This document shows, piece by piece, positions 62,996 through 64,000 of a stretch of DNA of 64,000 bases. Below the pieces are notes generated by a model that did no database searches, was not told where the DNA came from, and saw nothing but the letters and a program-made list of their open reading frames with translations. Positions within the stretch are counted from its first letter, which is position 1. Each line of letters opens with the position of its first letter. Position numbers and translations under genes: made by a program. The DNA is from Squalus acanthias (Eukaryota), in the NCBI GenBank assembly GCA_030390025.1, contig CM059428.1, positions 148,242,001-148,306,000 on the forward strand, given 5' to 3'.

Positions 62996-64000
62996 TTTTG
63001 CCTCCATGCACTCGTTAGGACTTCAGCGTGGAGAGGGTCGAGTGCCTGGAAAACTGGTCTGTTCCTCTCCAATCAATGGACCACAATTCAAAATGGATTG
63101 TGGACACCACTGATTTTCACAAATACCCACGTTTGGACACCCAGGCAGAATATTGAAGAAAATGGAATCCTCATCAATATGGATGATTGCCTCACAATCA
63201 AATTTTGATACAAAATTTTTTCTCTAAAAGCATTTGTGATCCTGGGATCATCCCCCATTGACTTTTGAGTCATAAAGGGTTGGCAAACAAACTACAGACT
63301 TGGCAACCAGGGCAAAGAAAAAGCACAAGAGAAGCACTATTGCTTGGAAGCCACCTCCCTCCCTCACATGTTCGGTTCTAGCATTCCAAGGTAATTTATA
63401 TGAGGCAGTAAAAATGGCTGGAGTTGGTTTTTACATCATCGTTTTCAATGAACTTTTACAAGCAGTACAGCACAGGCCTTTTATGGGGCCACCGCCATGG
63501 TAACCAAAACAGTGCTTTTATCCAAATGATCCTATTAAACAAACCATTAAACCATATCTGTACTAGACCCAATTCTCAGAAACCTGTCCTATAAATGTAC
63601 TGGAATTAAAGTCATTAACCCATCTCTGACAGCAGGGGTTTTATGCGAGGAGTATAATTGTCCTGTTGAACTCATTAAGACTGAAACTACTGTATTAGCA
63701 GCAAGGGCAGCAACATTTTAGCAGAGATCATGCCAACTTATACATCTGTTTATGAGGAACTCCAGGACACAAAACCACGGGGTTAATGACCTGCAAACAG
63801 AAATCAGACTATTGTTTTTGGGGGTTCGAGTTAATTGAACAGCCCTCAGGTTTCTGCCCTCAGTGGACAAGACTTGTACTAAAAACAGTGCCTTCAGGCT
63901 CTATATCGGAGGCAGACCTGAGGATTTCAGTATTTCGCTCAACTTGAAGTTCAGAGGGACAAGGCACATGCAAGACACAGAAATTGAGTAGACAGAAAGG

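Noticed and set aside
51575-64000. Upstream CUB1 exon or promoter of the neuropilin gene
   Set aside because: No YDYVEV/FCGKIAP/SDYET-like coding segment was seen, so the region is treated as intron.

Overview
This is eukaryotic genomic DNA, most likely from a cartilaginous fish; that assignment is inferred from the repeat landscape (Deu-domain SacSINE1-like SINEs, HER1/CR1-like LINEs, L2, Penelope ends, Harbinger/hAT MITEs). The whole window lies inside a minus-strand neuropilin gene (NRP1-like). Four internal coding exons with canonical AG/GT sites (51347-51574, 18607-18762, 12428-12594, 2620-2775; 228/156/167/156 nt) splice in frame to encode CUB2 (a2) and most of FA58C b1. The rest is intron, packed with nested transposons, a 32-bp minisatellite and polypurine tracts. 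The most unusual observations are: (1) two families of minimal type-I hammerhead-ribozyme motifs in Penelope-like ends, one as a TSD-flanked fold-back insertion with the motif on both strands; (2) an internally deleted Harbinger element with a series of related MITEs; (3) an unexplained ~1.1 kb fold-back with ~220-bp arms; (4) a perfect 27-bp direct repeat bracketing ~2.9 kb that ends in a SINE A-tail; (5) a CR1 with tandem ~95-bp 5' monomers and an in-frame ORF1-ORF2 fusion. No database searches were possible, so family names come from motif recognition.
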